A DNA stretch of 35,599 bases from a virus (taxonomy: Duplodnaviria > Caudoviricetes). The notes under the pieces were generated by a model. It was not told where the DNA came from, made no database searches, and saw nothing but the letters and a program-made list of their open reading frames with translations. The DNA lies in the IMG/VR virus record IMGVR_UViG_3300022670_000305, positions 1 through 35,599 of that record, one strand, 5' to 3'. A program made the position numbers and the translations under genes. This document shows positions 1 to 6,841 of the stretch, one piece after another (within the stretch, counting starts at the first letter, position 1; every line of letters starts with the position of its first letter).

Positions 1-115
1 CAAATATAGTATTATTAGCATTGCCAAAAAAGTTATGTAGCTCGGTAACTTCACGACCATCACGAGTAATAACCTTATTCCCGGCGAGTGCTTTTTCTAA
101 ACAGAATTCAATCAT
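1..115 (-). CDS. Phage hypothetical protein, runs off the window edge
   Basis: Manual translation MIEFCLEKALAGNKVITRDGREVTELHNFF...; AAGGA RBS upstream; not in the ORF track. Confidence 0.7.
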   Translation of the reverse strand, partial: MIEFCLEKALAGNKVITRDGREVTELHNFFGNANNTIF

Positions 116-127
116 TGTAATATCCTT

Positions 128-910
128 TTATTTATCGTTATTTGCTAACTCTGTGATTTTTAATCTAGCTTCGTCATTCGATAAAAAGAAGTTACACGGA
201 CTTATCGATTCGCCGTTATTTGATTCTTTATATATCATCATTGCCGCAAATAATGTTGATGTTTTATCTTCTAATTTTACACCTTCTACACCAGCTAAAG
301 TAACAATCCAACCAGCCCAGCAATGAGTGGTTGAGCAAGTATGCCAACAGCCCATTTCTAAAGAGTTATCACTACCTATAGCAGTAAGTACTTTTTTATT
401 TAAATCAATTACTTTAGGTGTTGGTGTTTTTTCTTTTTTGCCATAGCAGCCATAGCAGTCAGAGCAGCCAGAGCAGCCAGAGCAGCGAAAGCAGCGAAAG
501 CAGCGAAAGCAGCGAAAGCAGTCAGAGCAGCCAGAGCAGCCAGAGCAGCCAGAGCAGCGAAAGCAGCCATAGCAGTCAGAGCAGCGAAAGCAGCCAGAGC
601 AGCGAAAGCAGCGAAAGCAGTCAGAGCAGTCAGAGCAGCGAAAGCAGTCAGAGCAGTCAGAGCAGTCAGAGCAGTCAGAGCAGTCAGAGCAGAGAAAGCA
701 GTCAGAGCAGTCAGAGCAGCGAAAGCAGTCAGAGCAGTCAGAGCAGCGAAAGCAGTCAGAGCAGCCAGAGCAGTTCCAGCAACCTTTGTTTGTCTTATTA
801 TCATCTACATAACGAGGGTTTTCTTTGGCGAATAATTCGCTAACACCATTTATACTTTTATCTTCTCTTCTAAAAAACTCTGATTTATTTTTAAATATTT
901 CTGTTTTCAT
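128..910 (-). CDS. Cys-rich (Cxx)n repeat protein with C-terminal WHTCxTTHCxAGW domain
   Basis: ORF track 128..943; start moved to ATG 910 because the upstream ORF ends at 924 and an AAGGA RBS follows it; 38 Cxx triplets. Confidence 0.8.
   Translation of the reverse strand: MKTEIFKNKSEFFRREDKSINGVSELFAKENPRYVDDNKTNKGCWNCSGCSDCFRCSDCSDCFRCSDCSDCFLCSDCSDCSDCSDCSDCFRCSDCSDCFRCFRCSGCFRCSDCYGCFRCSGCSGCSGCSDCFRCFRCFRCFRCSGCSGCSDCYGCYGKKEKTPTPKVIDLNKKVLTAIGSDNSLEMGCWHTCSTTHCWAGWIVTLAGVEGVKLEDKTSTLFAAMMIYKESNNGESISPCNFFLSNDEARLKITELANNDK
440..781 (-). repeat. Tandem 9-bp repeat array (TGCTCTGAC, TGCTCTGGC, TGCTTTCGC, TGCTATGGC variants), 38 units
   Basis: Directly visible; encodes CSD/CSG/CFR/CYG. 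Confidence 0.97.
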
Positions 911-923
911 TTCCATCATCCTT

Positions 924-1103
924 TTAATGTAATTTACTAACACTCTTCATATAAGAGTTTTGTTGTTTTAATAAAGCTATTTCAGCGTTTGCTCTTTCGA
1001 GTTGTCCGGTAAAGAATTCAAGGTTAATCACGGAATCTTGAGTTACTTTAATAACCTCATCTGCTAAAGCGTAGAATTCAGATAACTTACAGTACCTAGT
1101 CAT
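924..1103 (-). CDS. Hypothetical protein, 59 aa
   Basis: Manual translation MTRYCKLSEFYALADEV...SKLH; ATGA overlap with upstream ORF. Confidence 0.65.
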   Translation of the reverse strand: MTRYCKLSEFYALADEVIKVTQDSVINLEFFTGQLERANAEIALLKQQNSYMKSVSKLH

Positions 1104-1237
1104 TTTCTTAGCTCTTTGATTGTTGATTTAATTACAACATGCTCAGAGTCAGTTAAATAATACTCGCGCTTAAATCGTTTAAGTTGTTTTTGATTAAGCC
1201 GATAAAGTTTAACCCTTTGAGTGTTTGTATTAGCCAT
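1100..1237 (-). CDS. Small basic putative DNA-binding protein, 45 aa
   Basis: Manual translation MANTNTQRVKLYRLNQKQLKRFKREYYLTDSEHVVIKSTIKELRK; overlaps both neighbours. Confidence 0.6.
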   Translation of the reverse strand: MANTNTQRVKLYRLNQKQLKRFKREYYLTDSEHVVIKSTIKELRK

Positions 1238-1793
1238 TACCACCCTTAACTGTTAATGATTTAATCCAACCTCTAAGCTCTATCATTTGAGGGCAAAAGC
1301 ACAATGATTCAACGTAAGTATAAAGCTTAGGGTAGTCATGCTGCTTGCGTTCGATAAACCAGTTTGCATCTTCTTCAGTAAGAAACGCTCCTTTTACAAC
1401 GTCTTCGTATTCTTCAACCCAAACCAATTCAAAACCTTCAAGTTCATCTGATTTACAATCAAAATTAGCAAGAAAATAATTAATCTTTCCTTCGCCATTG
1501 AAATTATTTTTCAGGTGGTGTTCATCAACCCAATATTCCAAAACAATAGGTAGGTCATCAGGATCGCAATCTAGGTAATTTACAATTTGCTGGTTTATGC
1601 TTCCACATTCTTTATTTGTAGCAACTAGAGAGTAATCATTATCCCGATCCATAAAATGAAAGATATCACTATAATCTGAATCTGTTGGTCGCGTTCTTTT
1701 ACACCTAACTTGCCATACTGGATCAGATGTAGCTCGAACGTCTTCATTATTCATTTGCTCTGACATTTCAATTAAAAACTTTGGCACTTCCAT
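1230..1793 (-). CDS. Ead/Ea22-like phage accessory protein
   Basis: N-terminal RATSDPVWQV and C-terminal FLTEEDANWFIERKQHDYPKLYTYVES...MIELRGWI patterns. Confidence 0.6.
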   Translation of the reverse strand: MEVPKFLIEMSEQMNNEDVRATSDPVWQVRCKRTRPTDSDYSDIFHFMDRDNDYSLVATNKECGSINQQIVNYLDCDPDDLPIVLEYWVDEHHLKNNFNGEGKINYFLANFDCKSDELEGFELVWVEEYEDVVKGAFLTEEDANWFIERKQHDYPKLYTYVESLCFCPQMIELRGWIKSLTVKGGNG

Positions 1794-1821
1794 TTATAAA
1801 TCCTCTAATCAAGTTAAGATA

Positions 1822-1850
1822 ACTGTAATGCATAATTACATGGAACGCAA
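1822..1850 (-). promoter_or_regulatory. Leftward sigma70-like promoter with overlapping palindromic operator
   Basis: TTGCGT-N17-TACAGT; inverted repeat TGTAAT-N5-ATTACA at 1824-1840. Confidence 0.5.
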
Positions 1851-1984
1851 GAGGCAAAACAAAGTATGATATAATAAACAACCACACTTTATAAAGAGTA
1901 AATTATGAGAGACGGTTATTTAGATATTAGCGAAGGCTTTCCAGGCATAACTAACGAAGGCGGCAGCATGGCACGGGCTAAACA

Positions 1985-2371
1985 ATGAGTTTAAGCAAGG
2001 CGTATGAATTCGCACTTAGCGGAGTTCTTTATGCGCCAACATCGTTTTTAAATACTCCAATGCTAGAGCTAGAAAAAATATGCAATGGTTGCGGCGCCGA
2101 TAACGCTAAGTTTGATTTTGTTCCTGATAGCATTTACGGAACAAGTATAAACGAGGCGTGCCATATACATGATTTTATGTATTCAATTGGTCGCACAATA
2201 GAAGATAAAGAAGAATCAGATCGCATATTTTTAAACAACCTTTGCCGATTGATAGAGCGCGATAAACACAAGTGGTATAAACCAACAGTATTACAGCGCA
2301 TTCGAGCAAAAGAGTATTATATTGCTGTTCATTATTTTGGCGGATCTGCATTCTGGTCGGGCAAAAATTAA
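1985..2371 (+). CDS. DUF1353-like / phospholipase A2-motif phage protein
   Basis: CNGCG and ACHIHDFMY (CxxHDxxY) motifs, D..FL.NL and Y.AV..FG; own extended -10 (TGaTATAAT, 1867-1875). Confidence 0.6.
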   Translation: MSLSKAYEFALSGVLYAPTSFLNTPMLELEKICNGCGADNAKFDFVPDSIYGTSINEACHIHDFMYSIGRTIEDKEESDRIFLNNLCRLIERDKHKWYKPTVLQRIRAKEYYIAVHYFGGSAFWSGKN

Positions 2372-2379
2372 TAAAAGTA

Positions 2380-2398
2380 AGCGGTGATATACACCGCT
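2380..2398. terminator. Hairpin between convergent genes
   Basis: AGCGGTG-ATATA-CACCGCT. Confidence 0.55.
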
Positions 2399-2404
2399 AT
2401 AAAC

Positions 2405-2608
2405 CTAAATCACGATACTGTTATCTGCTTCATTGCCAAATACGAACCATCCTTCAGCGCTGCCACGACAAAACATTTCAAGTCGTGGTAAATCGCCGCA
2501 CAATTCAATTATCAAATCGCGAAACTCTTCAGGCTTCTTGCTGTGCTTGCTTACTGTAAATTCATGAACAGCCCTAACGGAATGAGAATAAACTTTTGGC
2601 TTTCCTTT
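2405..2608 (-). pseudogene. C-terminal remnant of an MT-A70 family adenine methyltransferase
   Basis: Manual translation KGKPKVYSHSVRAVHEFTVSKHSKKPEEFRDLIIELCGDLPRLEMFCRGSAEGWFVFGNEADNSIVI*; no start codon or DPPW motif before the upstream in-frame stop at 2651-2653. Confidence 0.85.
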
Positions 2609-2792
2609 TATTAATAACGAGTTTTTTAGCGTCTGAAATAGCGCTACTAATCAACGTTGACACTTTCGTAAACTGGTTGTTTTTATACTTCTGCAATGTT
2701 TGCACGGCGGTGTCTTTTGCTACAGTTTCAATGCAGCCCACTTTTAAGCAGCCTTTGTAAGTTTCGTTGTACACCATATCTATAGCGTTCAT
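2574..2792 (-). CDS. Hypothetical protein
   Basis: ORF track; start at MNAIDM gives ATGA coupling to the upstream gene. Confidence 0.65.
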   Translation of the reverse strand: MNAIDMVYNETYKGCLKVGCIETVAKDTAVQTLQKYKNNQFTKVSTLISSAISDAKKLVINKRKAKSLFSFR

Positions 2793-3067
2793 AGCCTTGC
2801 CTCTATCATGTAATTTAACCATGACTTATTTAAGTATTCCTTATTGTATCCAGCATCATGCCCAGCTTCAAAGGCAACCTTTGATATACCCTCCCTGCTA
2901 GATTCTAACTCGTTAAATTCATCAATCTGATTTTGCAACCCGCTAACTTCATCTTCGTAAACACCAAGATCCTCAACTTTGCATTCTAATTCTTCGATAG
3001 TTTTATTTTTATATTCGATGATATCGATAAATTCTTGTGTTGATAAATTATCATAATTTGAATTCAT
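2789..3067 (-). CDS. Hypothetical coiled-coil protein
   Basis: ORF with AAGGA RBS. Confidence 0.75.
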   Translation of the reverse strand: MNSNYDNLSTQEFIDIIEYKNKTIEELECKVEDLGVYEDEVSGLQNQIDEFNELESSREGISKVAFEAGHDAGYNKEYLNKSWLNYMIEARL

Positions 3068-3097
3068 TTTATTTTGTTCCTTGTTTAGTGTTATGTG

Positions 3098-3370
3098 TTA
3101 ACTAATTGATATTTCTACAAATCCACCACAGCCATTACATGAATATTCATTCATAAATCTACCATCATCATTAAAATCATTATGCCCGCAACCCTTGCAT
3201 TTCAAGAATCTAAATCTACCATTTTCAACTTCCTTATTCTTCACTTTAGTCCACTGCGTTTCTCCATCAAATTTAAATGATGTCATAACCTCCCTGCTAT
3301 CACTTTGTGATTGACAGTCATGCAAAACAACAAACATATCCTTATTGTTTACTTTCATTCTATCGTTCAT
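3098..3370 (-). CDS. Hypothetical protein with C-terminal Zn ribbon
   Basis: CKGC...CNGC; AGGAG RBS. Confidence 0.75.
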   Translation of the reverse strand: MNDRMKVNNKDMFVVLHDCQSQSDSREVMTSFKFDGETQWTKVKNKEVENGRFRFLKCKGCGHNDFNDDGRFMNEYSCNGCGGFVEISIS

Positions 3371-3396
3371 CTTTACTTCTCCTTATCTAATGTTAT

Positions 3397-3687
3397 TTAA
3401 ATTCTAAACTTCGAAATTAACCCGTGAATATCCGCCTTTTTACCTGAGTGCTTGTAAATAATCGATAGCACAAATAAGCGTCCTTTTTTGTTTAACGTCC
3501 TATCCGCTTTTAATAACCCAAACATACGCATAAAACCTTCTTCTGTGTTTGAGTTCCTGTAACCAGCAGCGGCTTTTGATATCAGTTCAACTAACGACAA
3601 TCTTAAAAATCCAACACAGTGATCATAGTGTGACATTTCAGCTTTTAATATTAATTCTTTATCTGTAATTATTTCTTTGCTTTCCAT
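3397..3687 (-). CDS. Hypothetical protein
   Basis: Start set at MESKEI, with AAGGA RBS just after the P-like stop. Confidence 0.7.
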   Translation of the reverse strand: MESKEIITDKELILKAEMSHYDHCVGFLRLSLVELISKAAAGYRNSNTEEGFMRMFGLLKADRTLNKKGRLFVLSIIYKHSGKKADIHGLISKFRI

Positions 3688-3700
3688 CTTTATTTCTTCC

Positions 3701-4315
3701 TTAGTTAATAGGTTTAGACTTATTTTTAAGTATGTTGGCCATTCGTTTTTCAATAGCAGTTTTACAACCAGTACGGGCGCTAACCTTTTTATCCATTTCA
3801 TTAACAACTGATTTTTCAGGTAGCAACTTTTGATTTCTAATCGGCAACTTACCCTTTCGCTTTAACTCAAGTTTAATTTTAAATACTTTATTGAATAGCG
3901 CTCTTGCCCTTTCATCAGTTAACACGCATCTGCAATCATAGCCAACATCTTTACGAGTGAAGTATTCAACATCATCTAGCACAGGCTTCTTGCTGATCAT
4001 CCTGTTAAAAGCTTCTGTAGTATCGAAATCTAAGCATAACGATAGAAACTCAGGCAATGACGGCGGCCATCTTAATCTTTCGCTTACTGTGCGTTTTACG
4101 CCTCTTTTTAAATGATCATCCGTAATCAATGAAAGTTCCGTTACCCACATCTTCGGCGGCGTTTCCCCCCTCTCTCTCATCCACTGTTCGCCCCAAATGC
4201 CCGCCATCTGTTCCCACAGCCATTCCGCATTCATTGGGTTGTCTATATTTGTCATTAACCGCTCTTGCTCGGTCGTAGGCTGAAAGTTTTTTAACATTGT
4301 TTTCAGGTCTTTCAT
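3701..4315 (-). CDS. Lambda P-like replication protein (putative helicase loader)
   Basis: WPPSLPEFLSLC motif; directly follows the O-like initiator; start uncertain. Confidence 0.65.
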   Translation of the reverse strand: MKDLKTMLKNFQPTTEQERLMTNIDNPMNAEWLWEQMAGIWGEQWMRERGETPPKMWVTELSLITDDHLKRGVKRTVSERLRWPPSLPEFLSLCLDFDTTEAFNRMISKKPVLDDVEYFTRKDVGYDCRCVLTDERARALFNKVFKIKLELKRKGKLPIRNQKLLPEKSVVNEMDKKVSARTGCKTAIEKRMANILKNKSKPIN

Positions 4316-4970
4316 TTGCTGCACCTTTCATCTTTGCTTGTAGTTGTGGGAATTGCTTTCTAAGCTTTGTTACGCCTAAAATATTAGTCTTCCAAAATGA
4401 GTCACTATTAGCCCAAGCAAAAACATCTGAAATATCTTGATGCGTTAAATTGTCCTGCTCTCGCATTAATCTAATAACATCAGCCCAGCTTTTAAAGTTA
4501 GGTCTTTTACTGCTCGGCGCAACCTTGATCACCAGACTATAAACCCACTCTGCAAATTGATAATCAACATCTGAATACTTAGGAGTGCTAACGACTATAT
4601 CTTTAGTTACTTTATTATCACTATCACTATCACTATCACTATCACTATCATTAACGGGTTCTTTGGGTTTGCTTGGGTTGCCAGATAACCCACTGGGTTC
4701 TTTCGGTTTAACTGGGTTCTTAGGTCTACCTCCCTTGGAACCGTTATTCTTATTGCGTTCAACTATATTTTGATACTTTATAGAGTCGCGTTCAAATTGC
4801 GCTTTAAACGAAAAGAAAACTAAATCAAGCGTATCATCTAGATCGATATCTTGTTCAGAGTGATATGCTAAAAATGCTTTTAATAGCTTTCCTGCTTGCT
4901 CATCTGTTAACTTACTTAGTATCTTTAAAGTGTCCAAATAAAGAAGAAATGATTTCTTTTTATCGGTCAT
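4116..4970 (-). CDS. Phage replication initiator (DUF6291-like N-terminus, lambda O-like C-terminus)
   Basis: KKSFLLY...LTDEQAGKL...NGSKGGRP and WANSDSFWKTNIL...KLRKQF motifs. Confidence 0.8.
   Translation of the reverse strand: MTDKKKSFLLYLDTLKILSKLTDEQAGKLLKAFLAYHSEQDIDLDDTLDLVFFSFKAQFERDSIKYQNIVERNKNNGSKGGRPKNPVKPKEPSGLSGNPSKPKEPVNDSDSDSDSDSDNKVTKDIVVSTPKYSDVDYQFAEWVYSLVIKVAPSSKRPNFKSWADVIRLMREQDNLTHQDISDVFAWANSDSFWKTNILGVTKLRKQFPQLQAKMKGAANERPENNVKKLSAYDRARAVNDKYRQPNECGMAVGTDGGHLGRTVDEREGGNAAEDVGNGTFIDYG
4616..4721. repeat. Candidate replication origin inside the initiator gene
   Basis: (TATCAC)x5 plus a partial unit at 4616-4650; five GGGTT-core repeats including ACTGGGTTCTT x2 (4692-4702, 4711-4721); palindrome AACCCACTGGGTT. 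Confidence 0.55.
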
Positions 4971-4971
4971 G

Positions 4972-5025
4972 TATAATTACCTTGTTCTATTTATTAAGCC
5001 GCTATCGCCAAGACGCGGTTTTTTT
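4972..5025 (+). ncRNA. Putative oop-like antisense RNA (promoter through terminator)
   Basis: TATAAT 4972-4977 beside the initiator start; hairpin AAGCCGC/GCGGTTT plus T-run at 4996-5025. Confidence 0.4.
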
Positions 5026-5028
5026 ATT

Positions 5029-5247
5029 CTAGCAAACCGAAAAAGATTTGATATTAACCTCTTTCAGCATCGCCTTTACTGCATCAAGAGTTTTAAATTC
5101 TCGCTGACCACCCCTAGCTGATCTTATTACCGTAAATTCCTCATCAACAGTATGAACGGTAACGTTCCAGTGGATGCCTCTATCTACAGCTGACACAGAC
5201 ACGACCTTTCTTTGTTTATTTAATTCTTTAAGCTCTTTTTGTTGCAT
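5029..5247 (-). CDS. Small hypothetical protein, possible regulator
   Basis: SARGGQREFKTLDAV...L..V.I..F.V pattern recalled from small plasmid/phage proteins. Confidence 0.65.
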   Translation of the reverse strand: MQQKELKELNKQRKVVSVSAVDRGIHWNVTVHTVDEEFTVIRSARGGQREFKTLDAVKAMLKEVNIKSFSVC

Positions 5248-5279
5248 ATTATGCGTCCTCATTAATTAATCTATGTAAA

Positions 5280-5324
5280 CAATAACGCAATAACGTTGAC
5301 AAGTCAAATGTCATTTGCTATTAT
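5280..5324. promoter_or_regulatory. Overlapping divergent sigma70 promoters
   Basis: Rightward TTGACA-N17-TATTAT (5296-5324) containing IR CAAATG-T-CATTTG; leftward TTGACT-N17-TATTGT containing CAATAACG x2. Confidence 0.7.
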
Positions 5325-5395
5325 TTAACCTTGCAGTAACGGTCAATAGAGACCTTATGTTTAAAATTAAAGCAACAACGAGAGAGTAAATAAAA

Positions 5396-5827
5396 ATGAA
5401 AATGATAACAAAGTACAAAGCATTCGATAACACAGAGTATACAGATCAAAGTAAATGCATTGAACACGAAGCCAACTGCAAACAAGCTGACTTGATTATT
5501 AACAAACTTAAAAAGGTACCAAACAGTTGTGATTTTACCAACGGCGAAGGTTATGTTCAGCATGATTACAGTAATGTGCTAAGTGTTAGAAATGAATTTT
5601 TAGAATTTTGCAAGCGATACACAACATTTAAGTGGATACAGGAAACTATTGACGGTGGTTTTGATGTTGATGCGTCTTGGGCTGGTAGGGTAATTGGAGA
5701 AAGCGCGCCTAATTATATATCAAAAATGTGGTATAGGTTTTCATGTATAGATAAGCAGCAAAGAGAGTGGGGGCAACCTTATTACGCTGCAAATAAAGGC
5801 GACCGAAAAGAAGTTCAGCTTAATTAA
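5396..5827 (+). CDS. Hypothetical phage protein
   Basis: KYKAFDNTEYTDQSKCIEHE N-terminus; WGQPYYA C-terminus. Confidence 0.8.
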   Translation: MKMITKYKAFDNTEYTDQSKCIEHEANCKQADLIINKLKKVPNSCDFTNGEGYVQHDYSNVLSVRNEFLEFCKRYTTFKWIQETIDGGFDVDASWAGRVIGESAPNYISKMWYRFSCIDKQQREWGQPYYAANKGDRKEVQLN

Positions 5828-5859
5828 CCAACTAACAACGACAAGGATATAAAAGATGA
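5824..5859 (+). repeat. 36-bp exact direct repeat, copy 1 (stop codon-RBS-start codon linker)
   Basis: TTAACCAACTAACAACGACAAGGATATAAAAGATGA, identical at 7550-7585. Confidence 0.95.
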
Positions 5860-6050
5860 TCAATTCAATACTAGAACATGACGTTGGAATAACTGCGGTA
5901 TCTGTTATGGATGATTGTCATAAATATGGAGTAATTAATGGTTGTGATATTGATTGTCCAGTACTGATGCGTGGAGAGTGTGAATTAAAAGACGATGAAA
6001 ACAAAGAGTTATACCAAGAGTGTTTAGATCAACAAGGAGTAAACAAGTAA
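5856..6050 (+). CDS. Small Cys-rich hypothetical protein
   Basis: CHKYG...GCDIDCPVL..GEC; good RBS. Confidence 0.7.
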   Translation: MINSILEHDVGITAVSVMDDCHKYGVINGCDIDCPVLMRGECELKDDENKELYQECLDQQGVNK

Positions 6051-6214
6051 TGAGCAGTCAACAAGCATTAGAGGTAGTAGTTAAATTTAATGATCTACCA
6101 AATAAAAAAGAGAAAAAAATTATTGAAATGCAGTATTTGAAAAATGAAATAGGTAATCTTGAGTTTTTCCAATTAGCTCAGCGGTATATAAATAAACTTG
6201 AAAAACAGGAGTAA
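6050..6214 (+). CDS. Hypothetical protein
   Basis: TAATG coupling; AGGAG RBS. Confidence 0.6.
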   Translation: MSSQQALEVVVKFNDLPNKKEKKIIEMQYLKNEIGNLEFFQLAQRYINKLEKQE

Positions 6215-6226
6215 ATAAGAGATAAT
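6198..6226 (+). promoter_or_regulatory. Promoter for the ncRNA array
   Basis: TTGAAA-N17-GATAAT; predicted start near 6232, at the first hairpin. Confidence 0.6.
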
Positions 6227-6232
6227 ATCATT

Positions 6233-6374
6233 GCAGTTGTGAGAAGCTGCTTTGTAAATGGAATCAAACATTAAAGGTTATTTGTATTAGGTCTTAAGCG
6301 CTAAGAGGTTAAAACTTCTCACCGTTTGATTCCATCCTTGAATGTTTAGGGCTTAATACACATAGCCTTTTTTT
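6233..6374 (+). ncRNA. c4/CI-type antisense-attenuator leader RNA
   Basis: GTGAGAAG (6239-6246) and ATGGAATCAAAC (6258-6269) are complementary to CTTCTCAC (6315-6322) and GTTTGATTCCAT (6324-6335), which lie inside an approximately 26-bp stem ending in a T-run. Confidence 0.65.
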
Positions 6375-6444
6375 GTGTCTGTTAGTAGATTGTAGTCGTG
6401 AGTATTTACATATGGTAAACACGAAGCTTGCAAAAGCAGACACA
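6374..6444 (+). ncRNA. Structured RNA unit 2
   Basis: TGTGTCTGTT/AGCAGACACA outer stem; TCGTG/CACGA and TTTAC/GTAAA inner stems. Confidence 0.55.
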
Positions 6445-6477
6445 GCCCCTTTCAAAGCTTCTATAGTCTGTATTGTT

Positions 6478-6577
6478 CTGAGTATGGCGAAATTGGTAAA
6501 CGCAGCGGATAGCCGTGGTTGATCAAGTTATACGCGAGTAACTCAACATCTAGGTTCGAATCCTAGTGCTCAGACCA
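6478..6577 (+). tRNA. Non-canonical tRNA-Leu-like RNA with shrunken anticodon arm and oversized variable arm
   Basis: Acceptor CTGAGTA/TGCTCAG + ACCA; D arm GCG-AAATTGGTAAA-CGC; T arm CTAGG-TTCGAAT-CCTAG; anticodon arm only GCGG-ATAG-CCGT. Confidence 0.8.
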
Positions 6578-6595
6578 ATACAGACTTATCAAACT

Positions 6596-6830
6596 GTCGT
6601 TATAAACAATCCCCAAGCCTTAGGATGAGGCAGCATTTATGTAAGAGACCCGGGGGCCAAACTTCTAACTTAGCCGTGAAGTGGTGGATAAACGAATTAA
6701 ACGCTTGGTAAATTATTTTAATAAGGTTAGGAGATAACGGATTCTTCTTTAACAAAACCGATGAGCCTTAATAAATATTGCCCGTCCGATAAGACGATAA
6801 ACTGTGTTCGATAAATTGTTTATGTATGAC
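6596..6830 (+). ncRNA. Structured RNA unit 4, multibranched, about 235 nt
   Basis: Closing stem GTCGT-TATAAACAAT/ATTGTTTATG-T-ATGAC; inner CCCC/GGGG, GCCT/AGGC, TAAGGTT/AGCCTTA, CGTC/GACG. Confidence 0.6.
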
Positions 6831-6841
6831 TAGCTAATAAT

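Noticed and set aside
440-781. CRISPR array
   Set aside because: Contiguous short tandem units with no unique spacers and no cas genes.
409-843. Ala/Leu-rich (409..804 -) and Ser-rich (418..843 +) ORFs
   Set aside because: Alternative frames kept open by the 9-bp repeat; only the Cys frame has an RBS, operon context and a globular C-terminal domain.
2620-2630. Programmed -1 frameshift into the MT-A70 fragment at the A6 run
   Set aside because: The fragment is in the +1 frame and a fusion would still lack the catalytic motif.
6478-6577. Functional tRNA-Leu, tmRNA end or attB/attP tRNA fragment
   Set aside because: The anticodon loop is too small to decode, there is no G3-U70 or tag ORF, and no integrase or duplicated 3' end is seen.
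6783-6830. Pistol ribozyme (hairpin followed by ATAAA)
   Set aside because: No downstream complement of the loop for the required pseudoknot and no convincing P2/P3.
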